Shown: positions 1 through 9,389, numbered from the stretch's first letter. The stretch: DNA of 44,824 nucleotides from an uncultured bacterium (GCA_964644695.1 CAZXWN010000004.1:124001-168824), one strand, 5' to 3'. Notes: generated from the sequence alone by a model not told the origin. Made by a program: numbers and translations.

Positions 1-618
1 GTGCCGTGCCAATCGAAGAACAGTCGAATCCACTTCGGGAGCGGGGAAGAAGGCCTTCCGAGGGACATCTGCGACCCGTTCCACCTGACACCGATATTGA
101 ACAGACAGAGTCAGAACTCCATAATCCTTATTGTCGGGTACGGCCATAATTCGGTCCGCAACTTCCCGTTGTATCATGATGACAATAGACTCAAACGGAA
201 CTTCCGTCTCAATAAGTTTCATCAAAATGGGAGTGGTGATGTAATAAGGCAGGTTGCCGACAATCTTAAAGGGTCTTCCGGGGAAATTATTCACGAAAGG
301 CATCAAGTCCATTTCCAATATGTCACCTAATATATAGGCAATATTTCCATATTGGGATAGACGGCGTTTGGCGAGAGATTGGACTTCACGGTCGATTTCT
401 ACGGTGATGACATTCCCTGCCTGGTGGGCCAGTCCTTCCGTCAGTTGTCCGGTGCCGGTCCCAATCTCAAAAACCACATCGTCTTTGGTTGGATTTACGG
501 CATCCACGATCTGTGCCAATGACTTCTCATCTGTCAGTAACGATTGGCCCAGACCCTTTTTTAATCGGACTTTACTTTTTTGGAGGGACTTTATTAATTC
601 ATGATTGGATTGCGGCAT
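1..618 (-). CDS. rsmA: 16S rRNA adenine dimethyltransferase KsgA/RsmA, truncated by window edge
   Basis: Not in the ORF track. Manual minus-strand translation from ATG at 618 gives MPQSNHELIKSLQKSKVRLKKGLGQSLLTD...VFEIGTGTGQLT...VITVEID, matching the KsgA motifs KxLGQ, EIGxGxG and EID. Confidence 0.92.
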   Translation of the reverse strand, partial: MPQSNHELIKSLQKSKVRLKKGLGQSLLTDEKSLAQIVDAVNPTKDDVVFEIGTGTGQLTEGLAHQAGNVITVEIDREVQSLAKRRLSQYGNIAYILGDILEMDLMPFVNNFPGRPFKIVGNLPYYITTPILMKLIETEVPFESIVIMIQREVADRIMAVPDNKDYGVLTLSVQYRCQVERVADVPRKAFFPAPEVDSTVLRLARH

Positions 619-658
619 AAGTAATATCTATTATCGCATAGATGCTAATGCAATCTAT

Positions 659-1225
659 TCAGGGTGCTACCATACGAAACCAATCTCTTATTACTTGCTT
701 TATACGTGCGTGCTCCTCATCACTGATGACTGACATATGACATATATTATTACGTAGATGCGAAATATGCTTTGCCTCTTCTATAAGAGACTTATCTCTC
801 ACACTTTCGGCAAAATAGTCTTTCCATAATGCATTCATAATAGCTACCAATTGACTATATGTCAGTAAACGCTCTTTTTCTCTGCCTGTTATTGCCATCC
901 AACTCTTCTGATTTTCTATAGTTTCACTTTTACGAATGTCATCAATAATATTTTCTGGTATTATTTTCCACCATTCGTTCTTTGCTTTTGATGACAATTC
1001 TGCAACAACAAACTCACGCAAATAATTCTCAAAAACAAAAAAAAGTTTATATGATTCCGCAGCCTTTGTAGCATCGCGAACACTGTCCGGTAATAATTCA
1101 GCTAAATTAATTGTATTGGAAAGATAAAGGGGTATATCGTTTGTAACATTTACATCTTCAGATATTTTTTTATTAGCTATTTGGCCTAAAGTCAAAAACA
1201 GTGCCAGTTTTTCGGCATTAATCAT
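659..1225 (-). CDS. Swt1-like HEPN domain protein (putative RNase effector)
   Basis: Pattern YxLFFVFENYLREFV...WW...LTYSQLVAIM...W..YF, plus an intact HEPN Rx4H motif (RNNICH). Confidence 0.75.
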   Translation of the reverse strand: MINAEKLALFLTLGQIANKKISEDVNVTNDIPLYLSNTINLAELLPDSVRDATKAAESYKLFFVFENYLREFVVAELSSKAKNEWWKIIPENIIDDIRKSETIENQKSWMAITGREKERLLTYSQLVAIMNALWKDYFAESVRDKSLIEEAKHISHLRNNICHMSVISDEEHARIKQVIRDWFRMVAP

Positions 1226-1824
1226 TTAAATACCTTTCGGATTGCACTAAAAATATTCAAATATGTTTCTTCTGAACAATTGCTTGGCAAATGTACCTGA
1301 ATGTTAAAGTGAAAGTCCGTTGTAAATCCATCGTTGCTAGGAGCAACGGCCAATTTATCAGCAAACACCTCATCCCTTTCTTCTTCCTCTTTATCGCTGT
1401 TGTACGAAAAGTCTGCCAATGGTACTAAGGCCTTAAAAGTCCCTAGTATTTTGCTTACTTGGGCACTATCTCCACCGCTAACTTGTGAAACAATACCCTT
1501 CATTTCCTCATTACCTAGAACATGTATATTTTCATTAGCTGCATATAAATCTCTGTATGCTTCCTTTATAGCGTCAGCCATCACTTTTCTAGAAGCAGTA
1601 TCATTTTTGTATAATTTATATCTTTCCGTTGGCTTACTTGTAGTATCCAAGAACCCTAACGATCGCAAAAGTGAAATCAATGCTCTATCCGCAGTGCTTT
1701 TAAGCCCTATGGTATGGGATAAAAATTTATGAGTAAAAGCATCCGGAATCTTTGCTGATTTCATTTTTTGGAACAAAGCACCGACATTTTTATATGATGG
1801 TAGGTATGGAATTTCGTTTTTCAT
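1222..1824 (-). CDS. DUF5343-like protein
   Basis: N-terminal PYLPSY...PDAFTHKFL..TIGLKS..DR.LI.LL.SLGFLD...PTERY and C-terminal FHFNIQVHLP...Y..IF..I. ATGA overlap with the HEPN gene. Confidence 0.7.
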   Translation of the reverse strand: MKNEIPYLPSYKNVGALFQKMKSAKIPDAFTHKFLSHTIGLKSTADRALISLLRSLGFLDTTSKPTERYKLYKNDTASRKVMADAIKEAYRDLYAANENIHVLGNEEMKGIVSQVSGGDSAQVSKILGTFKALVPLADFSYNSDKEEEERDEVFADKLAVAPSNDGFTTDFHFNIQVHLPSNCSEETYLNIFSAIRKVFK

Positions 1825-2602
1825 GCAGTTTCTCCTTATTTATCTGTTTTTTTGTTAATTGATACAACTCTAAGGCATCATGTCTTTTATAAAAATCAGC
1901 GATATCATCGTCCTCATATTTATCCCCCAGGAATTTCTTCAATGAAACAATAAATAAAACATTAAGACCAATATATTTATTAACTACATGTTTATCATTT
2001 TTATAATTCGCCCACCATTGGATAATTTTCTTTAAATAACCGAAATATTGACCAATATAATCATTCTTGAACTCCATTGGCCAAAGAAGTGCTTTACTGC
2101 CATTTATATCATGAAAAAAATCTTTATTTTTCTCATTTAATTCATCAAACATTTTTTCCGTAATATAGATAGTGGGAATGTCATGTTCTTTATCACGATT
2201 GTCAGCATATTTTTTAGCTTCATCAAATTCGATTGATAAATAATATTCTTTTTTTTCATAATTAATTGTCACAGGGAATCTTTTAGCTTCTCCGTAAGAA
2301 GCTCCTCCTCTAGCAAGTAAAGGATGTACATCTGCTGCTTCATAAAGGAGTTCCCTGAATCCAAAAATATCGACCATTAATTGTTTTAAATATTTAATAA
2401 ACTCATCCTGATTTTCAGAAACTATATATAGAGAATCAAACACAAATAAGGAATTTTCTAGCGCCTGAGAGTACTGTAAACTATTAATACTGAATAGTGC
2501 ATAAAAATCATCTAACAATTCAAAAGTTCTTTCCTTATTTTTATTTTCTAATAAAGAACTAATTCCTAATAAATCAATTACTGCCACATATTTCATGCAC
2601 AT
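1790..2602 (-). CDS. Divergent class III nucleotide (adenylate/guanylate) cyclase-like protein
   Basis: Motifs YVAVIDLLG (first Asp), FDS (second Asp) and LLARGGASYG. RBS GAGGAG at 2610-2615 favours a start at 2602 rather than 2638. Confidence 0.55.
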   Translation of the reverse strand: MCMKYVAVIDLLGISSLLENKNKERTFELLDDFYALFSINSLQYSQALENSLFVFDSLYIVSENQDEFIKYLKQLMVDIFGFRELLYEAADVHPLLARGGASYGEAKRFPVTINYEKKEYYLSIEFDEAKKYADNRDKEHDIPTIYITEKMFDELNEKNKDFFHDINGSKALLWPMEFKNDYIGQYFGYLKKIIQWWANYKNDKHVVNKYIGLNVLFIVSLKKFLGDKYEDDDIADFYKRHDALELYQLTKKQINKEKLHEKRNSIPTII

Positions 2603-2816
2603 TTTATTACTCCTCAGAGATAATATAGATGAGTGCATGATAAATCACCAATTAATTATAGTCAATGAGTTGTTTTTCAATGCAACCAAATAAAGTAAAC
2701 CATATTCAGAAAATTAATAAATATTATCCATTAATCAAATCGTGCATTCGATTATTATTCACAAACGCCCACCTTTACCGATTTGTTTAGTCCCCCTTGC
2801 AAAACCAATCCATATT

Positions 2817-2862
2817 GGATAATAATACCTATATATAACAATATGTATAGGTATATTTATCC
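2817..2862. promoter_or_regulatory. Inverted-repeat operator upstream of abiEi (probable autoregulation site)
   Basis: GGATAAtaATACCTATATATA-acaa-TATGTATAGGTATatTTATCC directly precedes the ATG at 2866. A -35-like TTGCAA lies at 2797-2802. Confidence 0.65.
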
Positions 2863-2865
2863 AAC

Positions 2866-3486
2866 ATGAAACAAAAAGAAGACATATCCGCCACATCAAA
2901 GGCTAAAGTGATCCTGCAGAGAATGAGGTCTCCTGTTCTCAGAACCTCAGATATTCTGGAACAGGGCATTCATGTCCGAACTCTGTACCAACTTCGGGAT
3001 GATGGTTTTCTGGAACAAATGTCCCGGGGAGTATATCGCCTTCAGGACCAGGATACACTGGATAATCCAGACTGGGTAATTGTCTTCACTCGAATTCCTC
3101 AAGCAGTCATTTGCCTGGTTTCCGCACTTTCATTCCATGAGATAACCACGCAAATACCACATGAGGTATCTATTGCCCTGATGAAAGGGGCAGAATCGCC
3201 CCGTCTGAAGTTTCCTCCCCTGAAAGTCCACAGATTTTCCGGTCCAGCATTCCTTGAAGGAATTGAGGAATATCGTGTTAATGGGATTCCCGTCAGAGTC
3301 TATAATCCAGAAAAGACACTGGCAGACTGCTTTAAGTTTCGAAATCAACTGGGAATGGATATTGTCATGGAAGCCCTTAAACTTTATAAAACCAGAAAGA
3401 CATTTGTACCTGATAAACTCCTTAAATATGCCCGAATCTGTCGCGTAGAGAATGTCATGAGACCCTATCTGGAGTCGATACTTTGA
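2866..3486 (+). CDS. abiEi: Type IV TA antitoxin, AbiEi family
   Basis: Winged-helix N-terminus (LEQMSRGVYRL), ICLVSALSFHEITTQIP and YNPEKTLADCFKFRN. Overlaps the next gene by 4 nt. Confidence 0.88.
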   Translation: MKQKEDISATSKAKVILQRMRSPVLRTSDILEQGIHVRTLYQLRDDGFLEQMSRGVYRLQDQDTLDNPDWVIVFTRIPQAVICLVSALSFHEITTQIPHEVSIALMKGAESPRLKFPPLKVHRFSGPAFLEGIEEYRVNGIPVRVYNPEKTLADCFKFRNQLGMDIVMEALKLYKTRKTFVPDKLLKYARICRVENVMRPYLESIL

Positions 3487-4373
3487 TAAAAGACATCTCT
3501 GCATCCATCAGGCAAAAACTGCTTAACCAATCCCGCCACGACAGAAGGCCCTTCAATGAGTTACTTCAATACTATGCTATGGAGCGGTTCTTATATCGTC
3601 TTTCAAAGTCAAAGCATCCAAATTCCTATATCTTAAAAGGCGCACTATTATTACGAGTCTGGGAAGCGCCTCTCAATCGTCCAACAAAAGATATCGATTT
3701 ATTAGGCAAAACCCGTAATACGGAGTCCAATATTCAAAAGCAGTTTAGCGATATCTTGACGACATCCGTTGAACCAGATGGACTAATATTTGACATAGAT
3801 TCTATTGAAACAGAACGAATTTCTGAAGATGCTGATTATGAGGGTATTCGAGTCCGTTTCAAAGGATCTCTTGGGACCGCTAGAGTTTCATTACAAGTAG
3901 ATATTGGATTTAGTGACGTTATCTATCCTGAACCAATAAACATATCTTTTCCAACTCTCTTTAACTCAGAAAATCCAGTTCTTTTGTCATATACACAGGA
4001 AAGTGTGATTGCCGAGAAATTTGAAGCAATTGTTAAATTGGGTGAGTTAAACAGTCGCATGAAAGACTTTTATGACATTTGGGTGTTGTCCCGAAATTTT
4101 GATTATGACGGACTAAACCTCTCCGAAGCCATAAAGCTTACCTTTCAGAAAAGAAAAACAGCAGTACCTGAATCCGTTACATCATTTAGTAAATCATTTA
4201 TTGATGCTAAACAGGTACAATGGACAGCCTTTAGAAACCGTATTCCCCTTGAATTTATCCCTCCCTCATTTGCGGATATCATCAAAGATATTAAAGAATT
4301 TATCCTTCCGATATTAACCCATGATCCAACCTCATTAATTTGGAAAGCCCCCGGTCCGTGGACTCCTAAATAA
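3483..4373 (+). CDS. abiEii: Type IV TA toxin, AbiEii/AbiGii nucleotidyltransferase
   Basis: Motifs LKGALL, RPTKDIDL, AEKFEA and SRMKDFYD. Confidence 0.9.
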   Translation: MIKDISASIRQKLLNQSRHDRRPFNELLQYYAMERFLYRLSKSKHPNSYILKGALLLRVWEAPLNRPTKDIDLLGKTRNTESNIQKQFSDILTTSVEPDGLIFDIDSIETERISEDADYEGIRVRFKGSLGTARVSLQVDIGFSDVIYPEPINISFPTLFNSENPVLLSYTQESVIAEKFEAIVKLGELNSRMKDFYDIWVLSRNFDYDGLNLSEAIKLTFQKRKTAVPESVTSFSKSFIDAKQVQWTAFRNRIPLEFIPPSFADIIKDIKEFILPILTHDPTSLIWKAPGPWTPK

Positions 4374-4407
4374 TAATACGAATAATTCACTCATCCGTTT
4401 TATCTAC

Positions 4408-4441
4408 AAAAAAAGAAGGGGCGTCCCTGATGGGACGCCCC
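4408..4441 (-). terminator. Rho-independent terminator of glmS
   Basis: 10-bp stem GGGGCGTCCC/GGGACGCCCC with a 4-nt loop, followed by a U-rich tract on the minus strand. Confidence 0.85.
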
Positions 4442-4484
4442 GATTAATATGGATTTTGTTAAATATTACTAAACGCCACTGTCT

Positions 4485-6314
4485 TTATTCGACGGTAACG
4501 GACTTAGCCAGGTTTCTGGGCTGATCAACATCACAGCCGCGTTTAACCGCGACATGATAGGAGAACAGCTGAAGCGGGATCTGAACCAGAATCGGTGAGA
4601 CGAACTCTTCACACTTCGGAATATAGATGACGGATTCGGCATGAGCCTTGATGTTTTCGTCACCTTCGGTAGCCACAGCCACGATACGACCGTTTCTGGC
4701 GCGGATTTCCTGAATGTTGGAGACCATCTTGTCATACACCGCAGACTGGGTGCAGACGCAGATAACCGGGAGACTATCATCCACGAGGGCAATCGGACCG
4801 TGCTTCATTTCGCCGGCGGCATACCCTTCAGCATGAATGTAAGAAATTTCTTTCAGTTTCAGAGCACCTTCGAGGGCGCTTGGATAGTTATAGGAACGAC
4901 CGAGATACAGGGCACTGGTGGCCTTGTAATACTTGTCGGTGCAATCCAGAATGGACTGCTGGTCTGCCAATTGGGCCTTGACCTGTTCGGGTAACTGACG
5001 AAGAGCAGCAATCATGTTCTTCCGGGTCTCCGCAGAAAGTGTACCACGGATGGCACCCAGATACAGGGTGAAGAGAATGAATGCTGTTACCTGTGAGGTA
5101 TAAGCTTTGGTAGAAGCAACGCCAATTTCCGGGCCGGCATTGGTGTAAATGACACCGTCTGAGTCACGGGCGATTGAGGAACCCACGACATTACAGATAG
5201 ACACGACTTTGGAGCCGCAGCGTTTGGCTTCACGGAGACCCGCCAGTGTATCAGCGGTTTCACCCGACTGAGTAACGGTCATGACGAGAGTGTCTTTGTC
5301 CACCATCGGGCTGCGATAACGGAATTCAGAGGCCAGATCCACTTCAACCGGGATACGGACAAACTGTTCCAACAGATAACGGCCGACCATACCAGCGTGG
5401 TAAGCAGTACCACAGGAGATAATGACGATTTTCTTGATGGACTTTAATTCAGCATCAGACATCTTCATATCTTCAAGCTGAATGCTGTCGAAGTCTTTGG
5501 AGAAACGGCCCAGGAGGGTGTTGGCAATAACGGTGGGCTGTTCGTTGATTTCTTTGAGCATGAAGTGGGGATATCCACCCTTTTCGGCGGCATTGGCATC
5601 CCAATCAATGTAATGTTCTTCCTTTTGGAGAACATTGCCATTGAGGTCAGTCACTACGACTTTGTCGCGAGTCAGGGTAATAACTTCATGTTCATCCAGG
5701 TAAATGACCCGGCGGGTATATTTCAGGATGGCGGGAACATCGGAACCAATGAAGTTTTCACCGTCACCAAGACCGATAATCAATGGGCTACCACAACGGG
5801 CGGCCACGAGTTTATCCGGCTCATCAACGCACATGACGCCAAGAGCATATGCACCTTCTACTTCTTTCAGGGCGTTGCGGACAGCTTCTTCGAGGTTACC
5901 TTTGTAATGTTTACCCACCAAATGGGCAGCCACTTCAGTGTCAGTCTGGGATTTGAAGACATGACCTTCCGCCAGCATCTGGGCTTTGAGGGACTGGTAA
6001 TTTTCGATGATACCGTTGTGGACAACCACGATTTTTCCGGAGTTGTCAGCATGGGGGTGAGAATTTACTTCAGAGGGGATACCATGTGTGGCCCAACGAG
6101 TGTGTCCAATCCCGCAACTTCCCGGAATAGGCTCTTCAGCCAGGCTCTGATCTAACACTTTCAGCTTGCCGACTCTTTTACGAACGACCAGTTTGCCATC
6201 AGAAATGACAGCCACACCGGCTGAGTCATACCCACGATATTCAAGACGATGTAAACCGTCCATAATAATCGGAGTCGCATCGGTTTTACCGATATATCCA
6301 ACAATTCCGCACAT
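4485..6314 (-). CDS. glmS: Glutamine-fructose-6-phosphate aminotransferase
   Basis: MCGIVG start, GHTRWATHG, SQSGET-like TQSGET, and C-terminal DQPRNLAKSVTVE. Confidence 0.99.
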   Translation of the reverse strand: MCGIVGYIGKTDATPIIMDGLHRLEYRGYDSAGVAVISDGKLVVRKRVGKLKVLDQSLAEEPIPGSCGIGHTRWATHGIPSEVNSHPHADNSGKIVVVHNGIIENYQSLKAQMLAEGHVFKSQTDTEVAAHLVGKHYKGNLEEAVRNALKEVEGAYALGVMCVDEPDKLVAARCGSPLIIGLGDGENFIGSDVPAILKYTRRVIYLDEHEVITLTRDKVVVTDLNGNVLQKEEHYIDWDANAAEKGGYPHFMLKEINEQPTVIANTLLGRFSKDFDSIQLEDMKMSDAELKSIKKIVIISCGTAYHAGMVGRYLLEQFVRIPVEVDLASEFRYRSPMVDKDTLVMTVTQSGETADTLAGLREAKRCGSKVVSICNVVGSSIARDSDGVIYTNAGPEIGVASTKAYTSQVTAFILFTLYLGAIRGTLSAETRKNMIAALRQLPEQVKAQLADQQSILDCTDKYYKATSALYLGRSYNYPSALEGALKLKEISYIHAEGYAAGEMKHGPIALVDDSLPVICVCTQSAVYDKMVSNIQEIRARNGRIVAVATEGDENIKAHAESVIYIPKCEEFVSPILVQIPLQLFSYHVAVKRGCDVDQPRNLAKSVTVE

Positions 6315-6399
6315 AGTAATATTTACCTTTCAACACGGTTGATTTGATAAAGAAAATCCCTTCATTACAAAGGGAATTAATGCTCAATAAGGTATGGAC

Positions 6400-6429
6400 A
6401 TTTTACCATGAGGAGGTCATAGTCGTCTA
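6400..6429 (-). promoter_or_regulatory. Putative glmS promoter (extended -10)
   Basis: TAGACG-18 nt-TAAAAT with a TGn extension. The same TGGTAAAAT occurs upstream of nagA (9448-9456) and of the Ehr operon (37460-37468 region). Confidence 0.45.
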
Positions 6430-6466
6430 TTTACCCTTATCGATTAATCCCGAAATCACCGATTTA

Positions 6467-7381
6467 TCAGGGGTTTATGTAGGTGCTTCGAGGGATATCC
6501 ATGTCCTCAGAAACGGTTATAAACTCACTAAGTTCAACAGGAACGGTTGTTCCACCATTCAATCCGGCATCCACCCATGCTGTGTACCACAGGGATGCGA
6601 CATCAATGGCTGACTGATTCAACAGTGTTGTGGTAAAGCTCTGGGTACTGGCCCATAGAAGAGAATAGTAGGTATTACTTGAGGTCGATCCTGCCGATTT
6701 CTGAGCCGAAGTATCGGCAGCCGTGATCAGAGGATAATAAGGATAATTGGCACTGAGAAGACTGAAACAAAACTCCAGTTGGTTAGACCTGTAGATGGCA
6801 CCTGACCCTGATGTACTGGAAATGCTGGGGGTATATTTGGTAATCATTGTGGTTTCGTAACGGCTGTGGACCCCATTCGCATTGTAATTTTTGGTCAAAT
6901 GCATCGGCTGGCTTAAGTCCGCTGTGTAATGTGATACGCGGGTCATCCAATACATGGCAGTCGTCAAATTGGATGGGGTAGGATTGGCCTTCCAGGTCCG
7001 TAATGACTCAGTAAACTTCTGATTCACGGATACGACTGCAAATAAACAATACCCACTGGAGACAGTGTATTTGGCGAGATAGTCAGTATAGTTTCTTGGG
7101 AAAATCGTAAATGGCCACTGAATCGCAGAATTTGCATCACCGTCCTGAAAATGAAAGTAAGACTCATTGGCATCCCAGTTCGTCCGAACCCCATTATCCG
7201 TACTGGTATCAGCTAACCATTGTTTATATGGCCGAAATACTGTCGCCATACTCACCGGAAGATTTTCAATCGCGTTACTGGTGATCCGGGTGTGGCAATA
7301 ATCTCCCCAGGCTAACGCCAGGGAAGTTAATAAAAGAAAGCTTATTATAAGAGAAGCTCTGAATGGCTTAATGTTTTTCAT
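6467..7381 (-). CDS. Secreted S1/P1 nuclease / Zn-dependent phospholipase C fold protein
   Basis: Signal peptide ending ALA, mature N-terminus WGDYCH, then HYTADLSQPMH and HSRYE zinc-ligand motifs. C-terminal VPVELSEF tail. Confidence 0.75.
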   Translation of the reverse strand: MKNIKPFRASLIISFLLLTSLALAWGDYCHTRITSNAIENLPVSMATVFRPYKQWLADTSTDNGVRTNWDANESYFHFQDGDANSAIQWPFTIFPRNYTDYLAKYTVSSGYCLFAVVSVNQKFTESLRTWKANPTPSNLTTAMYWMTRVSHYTADLSQPMHLTKNYNANGVHSRYETTMITKYTPSISSTSGSGAIYRSNQLEFCFSLLSANYPYYPLITAADTSAQKSAGSTSSNTYYSLLWASTQSFTTTLLNQSAIDVASLWYTAWVDAGLNGGTTVPVELSEFITVSEDMDIPRSTYINP

Positions 7382-7469
7382 TATGAAAATATATCACAGT
7401 GATTAGACTGGTTAACGATTAAGAAACCTTGAGTATCCAATCCAATAACACAACAATACCTTTCGGGGA

Positions 7470-8207
7470 TTAATCCAGACCGAGGTCTTGTGCCGCCTCA
7501 GAAGCAATGATCATGGTTGTTTTGGGGTGCAGTTGAAGAATAGAAGCCGGTACTTGGGGATGCACCGGACCGCCGATAGCATTAAAGACAGCTTCCGCTT
7601 TGTCGGGAGTATTTGCCAGGAGGATAATCTCCCGTGCTTTCATGATGGTCCCCATCCCAACCGACAGGGCATGAGTCGGGACCTTGGATAAATCGTCCTC
7701 AAAGAATCGGGCGTTCGCTTTTCGAGTATCTTCCTTCAAACCTGCCAGGTGAGTCCAGGGTTCAAAGGCCTCTCCCGGTTCATTAAATCCAATGTGCCCA
7801 TTACGGCCGATGCCTAATATCTGGACATCAATTCCGCCCACATCAGCCATCTTCTTTTCATATTTTTCGCATTCAGCCATGACGTCAGATGCCTGGCCAT
7901 CGAGAATATTGATGTTCTCCTCGCGGAAATTTACATTGGAGAAAAAGTTCTCATACATAAAATAGTGGTAACTCTGAGGATGGTCCGGGGATAGCCCAAC
8001 ATATTCATCCAGATTAAATGTCGTTACTTTAGAAAAATCCAACCGCAGACTGGACTGCATCTGGGTCAATTCATAATACATACCCAGAGGAGTTGAACCG
8101 GTCGCAAGCCCTAGTACTAAATCAGGTTTAACGATGATGTGGGCAGCCACCAATAAGGCTGCTCTCTGGGACATTTCCTGGTAATCCGCGGTAACAACAA
8201 TCTGCAT
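7470..8207 (-). CDS. nagB: Glucosamine-6-phosphate deaminase
   Basis: Motifs LGLATGSTP, TFNLDEY and GIGRNGHIGFNEPG. Confidence 0.97.
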   Translation of the reverse strand: MQIVVTADYQEMSQRAALLVAAHIIVKPDLVLGLATGSTPLGMYYELTQMQSSLRLDFSKVTTFNLDEYVGLSPDHPQSYHYFMYENFFSNVNFREENINILDGQASDVMAECEKYEKKMADVGGIDVQILGIGRNGHIGFNEPGEAFEPWTHLAGLKEDTRKANARFFEDDLSKVPTHALSVGMGTIMKAREIILLANTPDKAEAVFNAIGGPVHPQVPASILQLHPKTTMIIASEAAQDLGLD

Positions 8208-8219
8208 AATAAAAGTGTC

Positions 8220-9389
8220 CTAGGCCTGGAACTGGACTTTTCCTTCCACCATGGTGTACTGCACTTTGAAGTCCTCATCAAACAGGACAATATCAGCATC
8301 CTTACCAACTTCAAGGGTGCCCTTACGATGTTCCAGACCCAATTCAATGGCAGGATTTAATGAGGCACAATGGATGGCTTCCACCATGTCCAAACCAGCA
8401 AACTTCATCAGGTTATTAATTCCATTATTCATCAGGAGGGTAGAACCAGCTAATGTGTTGGTGTTATTTAGATAGGTCTCACCATTACGGACATTTAATG
8501 TATACCCAAGTTTGGCATCCTGTACATATTCACCATCCGGTAAACCTGCGGTCTGAATGGCATCTGTAATCGGAATAACTTTCCGTAAAGGTTTGGCCCG
8601 AACCAGGATTTTAACAACTTCAGGATGGACATGAACCCCATCCGTAATAATTTCAGCAGCAACTGAATCACACGCCAAAGCGGCACCGACTGTTCCCGGA
8701 TGACGATGGGATAGGACCGACATGGCATTAAAGGTGTGAGTTGCATGGCTGACACCCGCGTTTACACCTGCCATTGCCTGTTCATAAGTAGCATCCGTAT
8801 GGCCCATGGAGGCAATAATATTCCGCTTCACAAGCATTTCGATCAGGGGAATCGCACCATCAATTTCGGGTGCAATGGTCATCTGTTTCAGATATCCACT
8901 GGAAGCGTCTATGAGGCTCTGTAAAGTTTCCGGAGCACATTTCCAAATATGTTCAGGATACTGGGCTCCCCGTTTCTCCATACACAAATAAGGTCCCTCA
9001 ATATGAATACCCAGAGGTTTGGTTCCCGGCAGGCCCTCATCAAACAGGTTGGCCAGTTTTTTGAGAATCTCGGTATCAGCATGAACTGTCGGTAGATATC
9101 CCGTCACTCCATGTGCCGCATAACATTTACCCATGGCTTCAAGAGCTTCACGGGAAGCATCAGCAGACTTGTAGTTCATACAGCCATGTACATGGACATC
9201 TATGAACCCAGGTGAAATGTACTGACCAGAAACATCAATGATTTCAGCATCGGCCGGGAATGAACTGGCATTCATAAATCCCAGGTGCTCAATTTTTGAG
9301 CCCTTCACCATCAGATAAAACCCTGTATCCAGGACTTCCGTCGGTGTAATGATTTGGCCGTTAATGAATATTTTTCTCTGTTCAGACAT
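8220..9389 (-). CDS. nagA: N-acetylglucosamine-6-phosphate deacetylase
   Basis: Motifs PGFIDVHVHG, HIEGPY, THTFNAM, DGVHVHP and LAGS. Confidence 0.97.
   Translation of the reverse strand: MSEQRKIFINGQIITPTEVLDTGFYLMVKGSKIEHLGFMNASSFPADAEIIDVSGQYISPGFIDVHVHGCMNYKSADASREALEAMGKCYAAHGVTGYLPTVHADTEILKKLANLFDEGLPGTKPLGIHIEGPYLCMEKRGAQYPEHIWKCAPETLQSLIDASSGYLKQMTIAPEIDGAIPLIEMLVKRNIIASMGHTDATYEQAMAGVNAGVSHATHTFNAMSVLSHRHPGTVGAALACDSVAAEIITDGVHVHPEVVKILVRAKPLRKVIPITDAIQTAGLPDGEYVQDAKLGYTLNVRNGETYLNNTNTLAGSTLLMNNGINNLMKFAGLDMVEAIHCASLNPAIELGLEHRKGTLEVGKDADIVLFDEDFKVQYTMVEGKVQFQA

Noticed and set aside
1-604. Plus-strand ORFs 1..330 and 368..604
   Set aside because: They are antisense shadows of rsmA. 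The same applies to the other short ORF-track entries overlapping recognised genes.
4374-4484. Tn7 end at attTn7
   Set aside because: No TGT-initiated end with TnsB repeats about 25 bp after the glmS stop, the native terminator is intact, and there are no tns genes.
6315-6466. glmS ribozyme in the glmS leader
   Set aside because: The core consensus (AGCGCC...GACGAGG) is absent and the leader is short and AT-rich.
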